The notes beneath the pieces are model-generated. The model saw only the letters and a program-made list of their open reading frames with translations, was not told the origin of the DNA and did no database searches. From Candidatus Onthousia faecavium (lineage in GTDB: Bacteria > Bacillota_I > Bacilli_A > RF39 > UBA660), in the NCBI GenBank assembly GCA_018711135.1, contig DVIS01000026.1, positions 3,172 through 67,171 on the forward strand: a stretch of 64,000 bases of DNA. Direction: 5' to 3'. The translations under genes and the position numbers were made by a program. How positions within the stretch are numbered: the first letter of the stretch is position 1; each line of letters begins with the position of its first letter. Of this stretch, positions 34,938 to 45,288 are shown in pieces.

Positions 34938-35510
34938 ATGAATAAAGTAAAATTTGGATTAAGTAATGTATATTACTCAGTTAAGTCAGTGTCAGAAGAA
35001 GGAGAGGTATCTTATGCTACACCAGTAAGAATACCAGGAGCTGTAAATCTTTCTTTGGATCAAGAAGGAGAAATAACACCATTTTATGCAGATAACATTG
35101 CTTACTACTCTGCAAGCAATAACAATGGATATAGTGGTTCTTTAGAAATAGCAGATATTCCAGAATCATTTCAAAAAGATGTATTAGGTTATACAGTTGA
35201 TAATAATGGAGCTTTAATAGAAAATGCCGATGCTACAATTAAACCTTTCGCTTTATTATATGAGGTTAAGGGTGATGAAAAACCTAGAAGAGCAGTTCTA
35301 TATAATTGTATGGTAACAAGACCATCAACAGAAGCTTCTACTACAGAGGATACAACATCTCCACAGACAGATACATTAAACATTACTGCAACACCAAGAG
35401 AAGATAATAAAAATGTTAAAGCAGTTATGACTTTATCAGATACTAATTCGACTGCATTTAATAGTTTCTTTACAAATGTTTATGAGCCATCTACAATTCC
35501 ATCAGTATAG
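34938..35510 (+). CDS. major tail protein
   Basis: 190 aa; N-terminal VKFGLSNVYYS...PGAVNLSLDQEGE...FYADN typical of phi13-type major tail proteins. Confidence 0.8.
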   Translation: MNKVKFGLSNVYYSVKSVSEEGEVSYATPVRIPGAVNLSLDQEGEITPFYADNIAYYSASNNNGYSGSLEIADIPESFQKDVLGYTVDNNGALIENADATIKPFALLYEVKGDEKPRRAVLYNCMVTRPSTEASTTEDTTSPQTDTLNITATPREDNKNVKAVMTLSDTNSTAFNSFFTNVYEPSTIPSV

Positions 35511-35517
35511 GTTTTAA

Positions 35518-35910
35518 ATGAAGACAATTAAAATAGGTTCACAAGAATTTAATATTTCTTGTCATGCCTCTACATATAGAGATTATGCAGATATTTTTGA
35601 TAGAAATATCATGAAAGATTTGCAAACAGCACAAAATTTCGTAAGAAAAGAAATAAAATCTTTAGAAAAACATAAAGAAGATATGCCAAATGCTTCAGTC
35701 CAAGAAATTCAAGAAATGATTTTTGAGGATACTTTGGATGATTTAAACGATTTTATTGATTGTATCACACGAATGTGTTGGATATGCATTTATGATAACA
35801 ATAAGGATATTGATTGCTATGAGGAATGGTATAACTCATTAGAAAGATTATCTTTATCTGATAACTGGATTATGGAGGTAATGGCACTTTGTGCCGATTG
35901 CTTTCGTTGA
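35518..35910 (+). CDS. tail assembly chaperone (G-like)
   Basis: 130 aa between the major tail and tape measure genes. Confidence 0.7.
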   Translation: MKTIKIGSQEFNISCHASTYRDYADIFDRNIMKDLQTAQNFVRKEIKSLEKHKEDMPNASVQEIQEMIFEDTLDDLNDFIDCITRMCWICIYDNNKDIDCYEEWYNSLERLSLSDNWIMEVMALCADCFR

Positions 35911-36145
35911 TAATAAGTTAATAGAAGCATTAAAGACTATTGAAGGAAATAATTCAAATGAACCTGTTTATTTTCCTGCCCATACATTTGAAGCTTCATG
36001 CTTAAGAGCAGGAATATCATTAAGTGATTTAGAGAAGAGGACTTATGTTTCAATCATGAAAGTTCTCTTCTCTTTTTTAAAATCTAATAAAAAAGAGGGA
36101 ACAAAGATGGCAACCCAACAAGATATAGATAAATTTATGAGTTAG
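35891..36145 (+). CDS. tail assembly chaperone extension (T-like), in the +1 frame relative to the G-like ORF
   Basis: This frame opens only at 35882, so any fusion must occur within 35882-35907. Independent initiation at GTG 35891 is also possible. Confidence 0.55.
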   Translation: MPIAFVDNKLIEALKTIEGNNSNEPVYFPAHTFEASCLRAGISLSDLEKRTYVSIMKVLFSFLKSNKKEGTKMATQQDIDKFMS

Positions 36146-36155
36146 GAGGGTAATA

Positions 36156-39100
36156 ATGGCAAGTAGTAAGAAGATAAGAGGTTTACTAGTTGAAATTGGA
36201 GGAGATACTACTAAGCTTCAAACTGCTCTAAAAGATGTAGATAAATCCACTAATAGTCTTAGTAAAGAATTAAGAGGTATAAATACTTTACTAAAGTTTG
36301 ATCCTTCTAATACAACACTGTTAAGTCAAAAGACAGAGGTCTTGGCAGAAAATATTAAAGAAACAGAAAAAAGATTAAATGCTTTGCAACAAGCTCAAAA
36401 TAAATTAGATGATTCTGGAGTTGATAAACATAGTGCAGAATATAGAGATTTACAAAGAGAAATAGAATCTACTACACAAAAATTATCTGATCTAAAAAAT
36501 GAAACATCTAATTTCACTAAAGCTGGTAAAGAAATAGAAAAAGTTGGAACTACAATATATAATTTAGGTAATACTGTTGATAATGTAGGAAACAAATTAA
36601 CAACAGGACTAACTTTACCGATAGTTGCATTAGGTACTTATTCAGTTAAAGCGGCAATGGACTTTGAAAGTGCTTTTGCTGGTGTTAGAAAAACAGTTGA
36701 TGCTACCGAGGAAGAATATAGTGAATTTAGAGAAGGTATTTTAGAGATGTCAAAACAATTACCTGCTAGTGCTGAGGAAATTGCAGCTGTAGCGGAAGCA
36801 GCAGGACAATTGGGTATTCAAAAAAGTGCCTTATTAGATTTCACTAAAACAATGATCGATTTAGGAGAAGCTTCTAACATGACATCAGACGAAGCTGCAA
36901 CAGCCTTAGCAAGATTTGCCAATATTACTCAAATGGATCAAAGTGAATTTTCTAAATTAGGTTCAGTTGTAACTGATTTAGGAAATAAATTAGCTTCAAC
37001 AGAGTCTGAAATTGTAGAAATGGGATTAAGATTAGCTGGAGCTGGTGCACAAGTAGGAATGACAGAAGACCAAATATTGTCATTTGCAGGTGCTTTATCA
37101 TCAGTTGGAATTGAAGCAGAAGCAGGAGGTTCTGCGTTCTCTAAAGTAATGGTTCAAATGCAGTTAGCGATAGAAAAAGGGGATGAACAATTAACTCAAT
37201 TTGCTCAAGTAGCTGGAATGACTGCTGATCAATTTAAAATAGCATTTAAAGAAGATGCTGCAGGTGCTATTATTGCATTTATAAATGGTTTATCTAACCT
37301 AGATGGAACTGGTAAATCAGCAATTGGTGTACTTGACGAGATGGGATTAAGTGAAATAAGAGTAAGAGATACTCTATTACGTGCTAGTGGTGCTGCTGAT
37401 TTGTTTAATGAATCATTAGAAATAGGAGCAAAAGCTTGGCAAGAGAATACTGCTCTTACTAAAGAAGCAAATGAGAGATATAAAACATCAGAATCACAAT
37501 TAAATATGGCTCAAAATAAGGCCAAAGCCTTAGCTATTACTATGGGAGACGAATTGTTACCACACGTTAATGATTTATTAGATTTCTTAGGTGATTTGGC
37601 AGAAAGCTTTGCTGATATGAGTGATGAAGAACAACAAGCTGTTTTGAAAACGGCTGCTTTAGTAGCAGGTTTAGGTCCTGCTTTAAAAATAGCTGGTAAT
37701 CTAGGAAAGGTATTAGGAACAACAACTAAAGGAATTGGAACATTTACTAAAGCTGTAGGATTAATGAAAAACGGTATTGGTACTGCGACTGGTTCAGCGG
37801 CAAATTTAGCAAAAATCTTAAGTGCTGCCACTAGTCCAATTGGTTTATTAACAACAGCAATAGTAGGATTGACTGTTGCAGGAGTTGCATTGGCGAGTCA
37901 ACAATCAGAGGAAGAGAAGAGAATTGAAGCTTTAAACAAAAAAATTAAGGAACAAACAACAGCTAGAAAAGAATTGTACAAAGAAAGACAATTAGAGGTT
38001 GAATCATCCCTTAGAGAAATAGACAATGTAGAAGCTTTAGTAAATGAGCTTGGTTTACTAGTTGATACTAATGGAAAAGTAAAAGATGGATATGAAGAAA
38101 GAGTTTCATTCATCCTTGGCGAATATAATGAAGCGATGGGGACAGAATATCAACTAATAGATGGTGTTATACAAAAATATGATGATTTATCTGATAGTTT
38201 AGAATTAGCTCTTGCTAAAAAAAGAGCAGAAGTAATATTGGGTGCTCAAGAACAAGATTATAAGGATGCACAAGATAATATTGATGAATATACACAAAGT
38301 TTAATTGATGCAGAAAAAGAACAAGAGAATGCCCAAAAGGCTTATGAAAAAGCCCAAGCTAACTATGAAGCAAATAAAGGAATTTCAATTTCTTTATCTA
38401 GACAACTAGCACAATTACGTGATGAAGCAAAAAAAGATTTAGATGAAGCTAATAGTAGTTTAAAGGATGCTCAATCTAATTATGACTCTGCAATGAGTGC
38501 CATAACAACTTATGAAACAAATTCATTAAGAATGCAAACTGATGACATAAATGAACTAAATAAAATCTTTTCAACAAATACAAGAATTATAGATGAAAAT
38601 GGAAAGATTAAAAAAGAAGCTTTTGCAGTTGAACTTGAGAGTCAAATAAGGCAAACAGAAACAATAAAAAATGAATATAGCAAGAGAATAAAAAATGCTG
38701 ATGACTATGAAAAACAAGTTTTAGAATCTAATCGTAGGATGCATCAACAAGCTTTAGAAACTACCATTTCAACTTTAATTTTACAAACGTCTGCAATTAA
38801 TGAGAATACTCCTGCTGTAAAAGAGGCGTGGAAAACCTTGGCAGAATCATCATTAGAACAGTATCAGGCAATGTTAGCAACATTACCAGAAAATGTAAGA
38901 AATACAGTAGAAAAAATGACAGATGTTACTTACAATCAGACAGAAGGTGTTGCCTTAGCTTGGGCTAATATGGCTTTGACATCAGAACAAGAGTTTAAAA
39001 ATAATATATCTACGTTAAGTCCTGCAATGCAAGAAGAAATATTGAATTTAGCATCTGTTATTAATAATAATGGAGGAACAGTTACAGAGGAAGCAAAAAC

Positions 39101-39593
39101 TTTAGCAGATAAAGTTATTAGTGAGTTAAATAAGCAAGATGTAGCTCAAGTAGCAGGAATCAATATTATTAAAGGATATGATTCTGGATTGCGTAATGAA
39201 GCCGCACTTAAATCTATGGAAACAGCAGTTATTAATATGGCGAATAGGACACTCGAAAGTTTGCGAAAAGCTTTAGGGGAACATAGTCCTTCTAAGAAAG
39301 CCCGTAATTCTGGTATAAACTTTGGTAAGGGTTTTACATTAGGAATTATAGATGAAGAAGATAATGCTGTAAAAGCTGCTCAACAATTGAGTAAAAAAGC
39401 TTTAAATGCTCTTAATTATTCTGATTCTTTTACAAACGGTACATTTGATGCAAATATTAATAGGCAAATAACTGATGCTACTAAGACGATATTTACAACA
39501 CCAAATATTCAGTTTAATGTTCAAACATTAAATAAAGAAAACTTAGATTTAGCTTTTAATTATATTAATAAAAAATTTGGAAGCCAGTATTAG
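36156..39593 (+). CDS. tail tape measure protein
   Basis: 1145 aa. TP901-type core (AFAGVRKTVDAT..., QLPASAEEIAAVAEAAGQLGI), Gly/Ala-rich hydrophobic segment and long coiled coils. Confidence 0.92.
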   Translation: MASSKKIRGLLVEIGGDTTKLQTALKDVDKSTNSLSKELRGINTLLKFDPSNTTLLSQKTEVLAENIKETEKRLNALQQAQNKLDDSGVDKHSAEYRDLQREIESTTQKLSDLKNETSNFTKAGKEIEKVGTTIYNLGNTVDNVGNKLTTGLTLPIVALGTYSVKAAMDFESAFAGVRKTVDATEEEYSEFREGILEMSKQLPASAEEIAAVAEAAGQLGIQKSALLDFTKTMIDLGEASNMTSDEAATALARFANITQMDQSEFSKLGSVVTDLGNKLASTESEIVEMGLRLAGAGAQVGMTEDQILSFAGALSSVGIEAEAGGSAFSKVMVQMQLAIEKGDEQLTQFAQVAGMTADQFKIAFKEDAAGAIIAFINGLSNLDGTGKSAIGVLDEMGLSEIRVRDTLLRASGAADLFNESLEIGAKAWQENTALTKEANERYKTSESQLNMAQNKAKALAITMGDELLPHVNDLLDFLGDLAESFADMSDEEQQAVLKTAALVAGLGPALKIAGNLGKVLGTTTKGIGTFTKAVGLMKNGIGTATGSAANLAKILSAATSPIGLLTTAIVGLTVAGVALASQQSEEEKRIEALNKKIKEQTTARKELYKERQLEVESSLREIDNVEALVNELGLLVDTNGKVKDGYEERVSFILGEYNEAMGTEYQLIDGVIQKYDDLSDSLELALAKKRAEVILGAQEQDYKDAQDNIDEYTQSLIDAEKEQENAQKAYEKAQANYEANKGISISLSRQLAQLRDEAKKDLDEANSSLKDAQSNYDSAMSAITTYETNSLRMQTDDINELNKIFSTNTRIIDENGKIKKEAFAVELESQIRQTETIKNEYSKRIKNADDYEKQVLESNRRMHQQALETTISTLILQTSAINENTPAVKEAWKTLAESSLEQYQAMLATLPENVRNTVEKMTDVTYNQTEGVALAWANMALTSEQEFKNNISTLSPAMQEEILNLASVINNNGGTVTEEAKTLADKVISELNKQDVAQVAGINIIKGYDSGLRNEAALKSMETAVINMANRTLESLRKALGEHSPSKKARNSGINFGKGFTLGIIDEEDNAVKAAQQLSKKALNALNYSDSFTNGTFDANINRQITDATKTIFTTPNIQFNVQTLNKENLDLAFNYINKKFGSQY

Positions 39594-39603
39594 AGGTGAT
39601 CGT

Positions 39604-40470
39604 ATGATGAATAAAGTGAGAGAATTCAATCTTGTTAATGAAAAAGGTCAGATTTTTTCATTAATGGATATCGAAAATTATACGTTGTTAACAGATCCTG
39701 ATGGACTTGGCTATTCTTATTCTAATTCTTATACAAAAGTTGGAGATGTCTTTGTAAATAATTTGAGTGAACAAGAGCAGACTCAAATTACTGGAATATG
39801 TAATTTTTTATTTTATGAAAATTATACTAATTTAGTTAATTTTATAGAAAATTCTCAACAACTAAAGTTAAATTATAAAATTCCACTTAGAAATGGTTCA
39901 CAGAATGAATATTTTAAGAATGTTAAAATTCAATCTCTTGGAAAAACCGAAAAAGATACAAATGGAATACTTAGTTGTCCTATAATATTAGATATGACCT
40001 CTCTCTGGTATGAACAAAAAGAATATACTTATGATATGTCAGCTGGTTCAAATGAGGTTAGATGGAATTTTAAATGGGGTGCTAGATTTGCAAATTATAA
40101 TTCTAGAAAATTAGAGTTTAACAATACTGGTCATACTTTAGCACCAATTTATTTAGAAATAGACGGGGCAGTTAAAAATCCAGAGATAATTGTTACTGAT
40201 TCTAACAATAATATTCTATTTAACCTGTTGATTGAAATAGAAATAGACCAATATGAAAAGTTTATATATAGTTCTATAGATGGCGATATTAAAATAATGA
40301 AGCAGAATGTTGATGGAACTTATGAAAGTTTATTTAAACAAGCTTATATAAATATTGAAAATAATAATATCTATAAGCTTCCTTTAGGTACATCAAATAT
40401 TACAATACAAGCTGATAATGAAATCACATCTGCAAGACTTAATATATATCCATATTATAGATCTATTTAG
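39604..40470 (+). CDS. distal tail protein (Dit)
   Basis: ATG 39604 after GAGGTG; 288 aa immediately after the tape measure gene. Confidence 0.7.
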   Translation: MMNKVREFNLVNEKGQIFSLMDIENYTLLTDPDGLGYSYSNSYTKVGDVFVNNLSEQEQTQITGICNFLFYENYTNLVNFIENSQQLKLNYKIPLRNGSQNEYFKNVKIQSLGKTEKDTNGILSCPIILDMTSLWYEQKEYTYDMSAGSNEVRWNFKWGARFANYNSRKLEFNNTGHTLAPIYLEIDGAVKNPEIIVTDSNNNILFNLLIEIEIDQYEKFIYSSIDGDIKIMKQNVDGTYESLFKQAYINIENNNIYKLPLGTSNITIQADNEITSARLNIYPYYRSI

Positions 40471-40478
40471 GAGAAAAC

Positions 40479-41735
40479 ATGGAAGATACTGTAAAAATAA
40501 TATTAGATGATCAAGAGTATGTTCTGATATATAATGAACAAACTGAATTATATGAATTATCTTTGACGGCACCTACAGTTACAGGTTTACATGTTATAGA
40601 TGTTATATATAGTTCAGGTGATGAGACAGCTATAGATGATGTTGATTTAGTTGTCTTAAAAAAAGAGGAACCAGTGTATTTATATGAAGAAACTATCGCT
40701 TATTTTTTAGATAAAAAAACATTTGAAATTTTAGATGCTGTTCAACTTAATATTCAGGAGATTAATCGTGACCTTGAAACAAATGGTAATTCAATTTTTA
40801 TTAGTTTTAAAGAACTTTCTATAGAAGAAGGCGATTTTATCTATTTAAAGAAAAACGATAAAATGTCTTTTCTTGGAATTGTTCAAAACCAGGAGCAAAC
40901 ACAGAATAGTAATTCATATACAATTACATGTAAAGATGTTCTTTCCTTATTTGATGTAGATATGTTTGTTGAAAATGAAGATGTTATTTCTAGTATAGGA
41001 ATTGAGGATTTTATAAAAGAAACTATAGAAAATGAGTTTATTAATAATACTGATACGTTTGTTAATAGAAGCTTTTTTTCGGTAGAAGCTTTAACTCATA
41101 CTAAAAAAAATATAAGTGTTGGCAGTATTGTAACTGTATCAAATAACATTTATAACTTATTAACTTTCATAAACAATGCAATCCAAAAATATGACTTGGA
41201 TTTTGATTTTATATTAAATGGTAGTACATTGAAATTACAAATATCTACTAGGACAGAAGACAAAATGCTAATTGATACAACAACAAGTGATATAACAAAC
41301 TATAGTGAGGTATTCTCTTTATCATATACTGCCAAGGTTGAGGTGTATATAAATGCTACTAAATCAAAATATTATAGATATCTTTTGAATGACAGAACTA
41401 CTACGACAGATAAAACAAATCCAAATCGTGTTTATGGGAAGACAGAAAAGATAACTGTTGAGGATGCTGCTGATGCAGAACAAGCTTCTTTAGATGTTTT
41501 TAAGGGTAATTCTTATAAGCATAATATTACTTTTGAGATTTTAAAAACATCTAAATTATATGATATTTCAAAAATAAAATTAGGTACACCTGTTTTAATA
41601 AAAACAAAGAATAATATAGTCCAAAATACTTATATATCTAAAATAGTTGATGCTAATCAAAACTATTTAACGATTAGTTGTGGGAATATAAGAGTTGACT
41701 ATATTGATAAATTTTTACAGGAAAGGAGAAATTAA
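40479..41735 (+). CDS. tail-associated/baseplate hub protein (Tal-like)
   Basis: 418 aa following Dit. Confidence 0.6.
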   Translation: MEDTVKIILDDQEYVLIYNEQTELYELSLTAPTVTGLHVIDVIYSSGDETAIDDVDLVVLKKEEPVYLYEETIAYFLDKKTFEILDAVQLNIQEINRDLETNGNSIFISFKELSIEEGDFIYLKKNDKMSFLGIVQNQEQTQNSNSYTITCKDVLSLFDVDMFVENEDVISSIGIEDFIKETIENEFINNTDTFVNRSFFSVEALTHTKKNISVGSIVTVSNNIYNLLTFINNAIQKYDLDFDFILNGSTLKLQISTRTEDKMLIDTTTSDITNYSEVFSLSYTAKVEVYINATKSKYYRYLLNDRTTTTDKTNPNRVYGKTEKITVEDAADAEQASLDVFKGNSYKHNITFEILKTSKLYDISKIKLGTPVLIKTKNNIVQNTYISKIVDANQNYLTISCGNIRVDYIDKFLQERRN

Positions 41736-41736
41736 A

Positions 41737-42384
41737 ATGTTAAAAGGACACTCATATAATGATCAGATATACTATTCAGTTGCTGATAGACTTATTAATA
41801 ATACTTTTCTTAATGGTACAAATGGAATCTTTCAAAATGAAGGTTCTGGTTGTTCACTATCAAACACTAGCAATTCCGTTACAATAAGTGACGGTTTTTT
41901 TATTGTTCAAGGAGGATTAACAGAAATTGTTAATTCAGAAACATTACAAGTTGTCTTAGATGGCTCATATTGCGTTTTAGTATATGAATTAGATATGTCT
42001 AAAGATAATACAGACACTAGCTTTGTTCAAGGCCAATTTAAAGTATTAACTGGTCAAAGTTCTTATCCTGCTTTAACTAAGCAAAAATTAACAGAAAATA
42101 CAGGAATTTATCAGTATGAATTTGCTAGATTTAGAGCTTTAACTACTGGTATAACAGACTTTGTAGATAATAGAACTTTCTTAGATTATAATTCGATTTT
42201 TGAATATATACAAAGCCAAATAGAGTTGATAGAAGATAATGGTTTATATGTTCCAAAAACTGAATTTGATCCAGTAAAGGAAAAAGTAGCAGAATTAGAT
42301 AGCAATCCTAAATTAGTAGTATCAGACACTCAACCTACACCAATATCAAATAAGACGATAGTCTGGATAAAGCCAAAGGAGTAA
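41737..42384 (+). CDS. baseplate/tail fibre-associated protein
   Basis: ATG 41737 after AAGGAG; 215 aa. Confidence 0.5.
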   Translation: MLKGHSYNDQIYYSVADRLINNTFLNGTNGIFQNEGSGCSLSNTSNSVTISDGFFIVQGGLTEIVNSETLQVVLDGSYCVLVYELDMSKDNTDTSFVQGQFKVLTGQSSYPALTKQKLTENTGIYQYEFARFRALTTGITDFVDNRTFLDYNSIFEYIQSQIELIEDNGLYVPKTEFDPVKEKVAELDSNPKLVVSDTQPTPISNKTIVWIKPKE

Positions 42385-42390
42385 TGATAT

Positions 42391-43134
42391 ATGAATGAGT
42401 TTGCAAGAGTCGGATTTAATTATGGCTCTTTTTATTATGCATATATTTTAAAATGGCAATTGTTAAACCAGGATAAAATAAATAACAGATCTACTATTAG
42501 AGTACAAGCTAGTATTTATGTTGACGCCAATAATATTAGTTGGTCAAGAGGTTCTGCTTCACTTTATAACACGTCGTTTGGCTTAGCAAATACTTATTAT
42601 AGAGGGGAAACAGTTGTTAATACTCAAGACATCACAGTTAATCATGATTCAAATGGTAATGCTTCTATTTATATAGGTGGTTCTATTAATACCACTTTTG
42701 TTATGAGTGGTAATTGTGGTGGAACAATAAATTTACCTCAAATTGATAGAAATGCACCATCTATTAGCTTGTCTATAAAAAACATTGAAGAAGAAACCGC
42801 TACTTTTAACTATTCAACTAATAGTACTCTTGATAGTCTTCAAGGAAGATTAAATGGTGGTAATTGGCAAAATATATCAATGTCTAATCCAATTACTCTA
42901 TCTGGCTTAGCAGATGATACCAATTATACGTACCAAATTAGAGGAAAGAAAACAAGTAATCAAATGTGGGGTAGTAGTAATACTATTTCTTTTAAAACTA
43001 TTGCTGGTACTTTTGCTATGGTTTCTATCAATGGAGCAGATTTTAAAGATGCAGAGGTCTATATAGTGACTGAAAGTGTAGTAGAAAAAATTTCTAAGGA
43101 TCAATATGAAATTATAGAAGGTGATGATAATTGA
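42391..43134 (+). CDS. tail protein with C-terminal FN3-like module
   Basis: 247 aa. PSISLSIKNIEEETATFNYS...DTNYTYQIRGKK looks like a fibronectin type III repeat. Confidence 0.55.
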   Translation: MNEFARVGFNYGSFYYAYILKWQLLNQDKINNRSTIRVQASIYVDANNISWSRGSASLYNTSFGLANTYYRGETVVNTQDITVNHDSNGNASIYIGGSINTTFVMSGNCGGTINLPQIDRNAPSISLSIKNIEEETATFNYSTNSTLDSLQGRLNGGNWQNISMSNPITLSGLADDTNYTYQIRGKKTSNQMWGSSNTISFKTIAGTFAMVSINGADFKDAEVYIVTESVVEKISKDQYEIIEGDDN

Positions 43135-43307
43135 TAAGAATAGATGAGGTAAGATTAAGTCCACAAAAAGTTTATCAGTCTGAAAGTTTTACAATTCAGG
43201 TAAAGGTTTCTAAAGATGAAAAAGCATTAAATAAATTGCCTTTTAAATTATCTAGTAAATTGGGAGGAGGAATAAAAAATGGAGGGGCAACAAAATCTAA
43301 AAACTGA
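43131..43307 (+). CDS. hypothetical small tail-module protein (58 aa, TTG start)
   Basis: ORF LIRIDEVRLSPQKVYQSESFTIQVKV... fills the gap between track ORFs; start codon uncertain. Confidence 0.3.
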   Translation: MIRIDEVRLSPQKVYQSESFTIQVKVSKDEKALNKLPFKLSSKLGGGIKNGGATKSKN

Positions 43308-43998
43308 TTATCAAGACTATACCTATGTTGGTAATAAAAAATTTAACTTAATTAATAATTCTGACGGTACTATTTCACTTGAAGATGTAACAGACTATGA
43401 AATTGAGGGTGACGATTTTGGAGCGAATGATATTAATGCTACTAATCAAAGAATTAATGAAATGTATAATTTTATTTATCCAGTAGGAGCAATAATAATA
43501 TCTTCTAATTCTAACTTTAATCCAAATACTGTTTATGGAGGAACCTGGGAGTTAATTGACAAAGAATTTGTATCTGCGGCTAGCAGCAATTTAAGTTTTA
43601 ATGCCTTTACACCTAATTCTGATTTTATAACTCAATCAGATGACAATTTAAGTTGTTACGTGTCAAAAAACGGACACTGCATGAACATAGAATTTTCATT
43701 TAAAACAAATAAAGCAGTAACTGATAGCGGAGGAGTTCTAGGTACATTTAATTTTGATAATCTGGGCATTTCAAGATTTACAAATAGTATGCGTTTCGTA
43801 GGATGTTCTGATGGGTCTAATGTCGATATAATGTTTTATATAAATGCTTCAACTGGAGAATTACAAATTTTAGATATTGTAGGTGCAGATGAGCTTAAGG
43901 CTGGCGATACAGCTTATTTTTATTTAACAGTTTCTGTTAATGAAACACAAATGTTAGATTCTGCTTGTGATAAATTCTTTTGGAGAAGAACAGCTTAA
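43279..43998 (+). CDS. putative receptor-binding/tail fibre protein
   Basis: 239 aa. IYPVGAIIISSNSNFNPNTVYGGTWELIDKEF resembles a motif recurrent in Gram-positive phage fibre tips. Confidence 0.55.
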   Translation: MEGQQNLKTDYQDYTYVGNKKFNLINNSDGTISLEDVTDYEIEGDDFGANDINATNQRINEMYNFIYPVGAIIISSNSNFNPNTVYGGTWELIDKEFVSAASSNLSFNAFTPNSDFITQSDDNLSCYVSKNGHCMNIEFSFKTNKAVTDSGGVLGTFNFDNLGISRFTNSMRFVGCSDGSNVDIMFYINASTGELQILDIVGADELKAGDTAYFYLTVSVNETQMLDSACDKFFWRRTA

Positions 43999-43999
43999 C

Positions 44000-44611
44000 A
44001 TGATAAATGAGATAATAGAAACTGCTAAAGAGTTTGGAATATTTATAGCAGAGATAGTAGTAGCGCTATATGCGTGTAAAAAGTATCTAAACCAATATTT
44101 TAAAAAAACAAATGTAGGTAAGATGTTGACTAGGCAGAATAAGTTAGATTTAGAAATACTTAATAAATTGGAATATGTAAAAGAGATTCTAAATGCTGAT
44201 AGAATTCACGTTTACGAATTTCATAATGGGGAACATTATTCTGATTATAGGTCGGCATATAAATTCTCTTGCACGTACGAGGTTTTTAAAGCAGGTAATC
44301 AGCCAGTACAACAGCGATGTATTAATTTACCAACGAACTGTATGCCACAATTTATACACAGAATTACAGAAGATGGCAAGTTTGTTTGTGAAGACTTGGA
44401 AGAACTAAAAACATCTATGCCTAGTACTTATAATTTTAAAAAGAGTATAGATGTAGCTTCTTTCTACGATATAGCAATACATAACAGAGAGGGTAATATC
44501 ATTGGTTTTATTGCTATTCATTGGTTTAACAAAGAAAACATGAAAGTAGATAAAGATGCAATTAATCAACTCGTTTGGTACGTTGAAGAGCATCTTATTA
44601 ATTCAAAGTAA
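44000..44611 (+). CDS. membrane-anchored protein with possible GAF-like sensor fold
   Basis: ATG 44000; N-terminal TM FGIFIAEIVVALYAC. The C-terminal 160 aa (ADRIHVYEFHNG...NREGNIIGFIAIHW) is weakly GAF-like. Sits just upstream of the holin. Confidence 0.5.
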   Translation: MINEIIETAKEFGIFIAEIVVALYACKKYLNQYFKKTNVGKMLTRQNKLDLEILNKLEYVKEILNADRIHVYEFHNGEHYSDYRSAYKFSCTYEVFKAGNQPVQQRCINLPTNCMPQFIHRITEDGKFVCEDLEELKTSMPSTYNFKKSIDVASFYDIAIHNREGNIIGFIAIHWFNKENMKVDKDAINQLVWYVEEHLINSK

Positions 44612-44629
44612 GAAAGGAAGTAGATAAAA

Positions 44630-44878
44630 ATGGAAATAACTTATGTAGTAATTATAGCAATAGTTGCTTACATTTTAGGAGCTATTACAAAAATATTTAT
44701 TGATAGTGTACCTAACAAGTATATTCCAATTCAGAATGTAATTGTAGGTATTATCAGCGCATTAATTTGCTATTTTACTGGTGTTGAGCCTAATTTACTA
44801 CAGGCATTAGTATTGTGCCTTGTTGCGACTATGGGTGCTGGTGGTTTGGCAGATTTAATTAATATTAAAAATAAATAA
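44630..44878 (+). CDS. holin
   Basis: 82 aa, two or three TM helices, charged C-terminus; upstream of the endolysin. Confidence 0.7.
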   Translation: MEITYVVIIAIVAYILGAITKIFIDSVPNKYIPIQNVIVGIISALICYFTGVEPNLLQALVLCLVATMGAGGLADLINIKNK

Positions 44879-44910
44879 GATATTAAAATAGTTATAAAGG
44901 AGATGTTAAA

Positions 44911-45183
44911 ATGGTCAATAATGAAATGTTAGATTTATGCAAAGAAACAGTAGTTAATTACTTTAATGAAAATGTTGATAAAACTGATGGATTAAAAATA
45001 AACAAAGATAATGTCTTTATTGTATGGTTTAGTAAAACATTACAAAACTTTAAAGCACTAGTAAGCACTACCGTTTCAGATGGTATGTACTATGAACTTA
45101 CCTATAATGGGGATAAGAAAGAGCTTTATTTAGATGCTTACAAAAAGTGGGAAAATAAATGTATTAAAGTGGAGGAGAAATAA
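44911..45183 (+). CDS. hypothetical protein in the lysis cassette
   Basis: 90 aa. Confidence 0.5.
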   Translation: MVNNEMLDLCKETVVNYFNENVDKTDGLKINKDNVFIVWFSKTLQNFKALVSTTVSDGMYYELTYNGDKKELYLDAYKKWENKCIKVEEK

Positions 45184-45186
45184 TAT

Positions 45187-45288
45187 ATGGCAACAATAAA
45201 AGAAGATAAAACTCTTCCAAAAGAAGAAGCTAGTCTAGAAAAAGTAGAAAACGGAATAACAGAAGATGGAAAAGGAAGGGATGAGTAA
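45187..45288 (+). CDS. hypothetical small acidic protein (33 aa)
   Basis: ATG 45187; TAATG overlap with the endolysin start. Confidence 0.3.
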   Translation: MATIKEDKTLPKEEASLEKVENGITEDGKGRDE

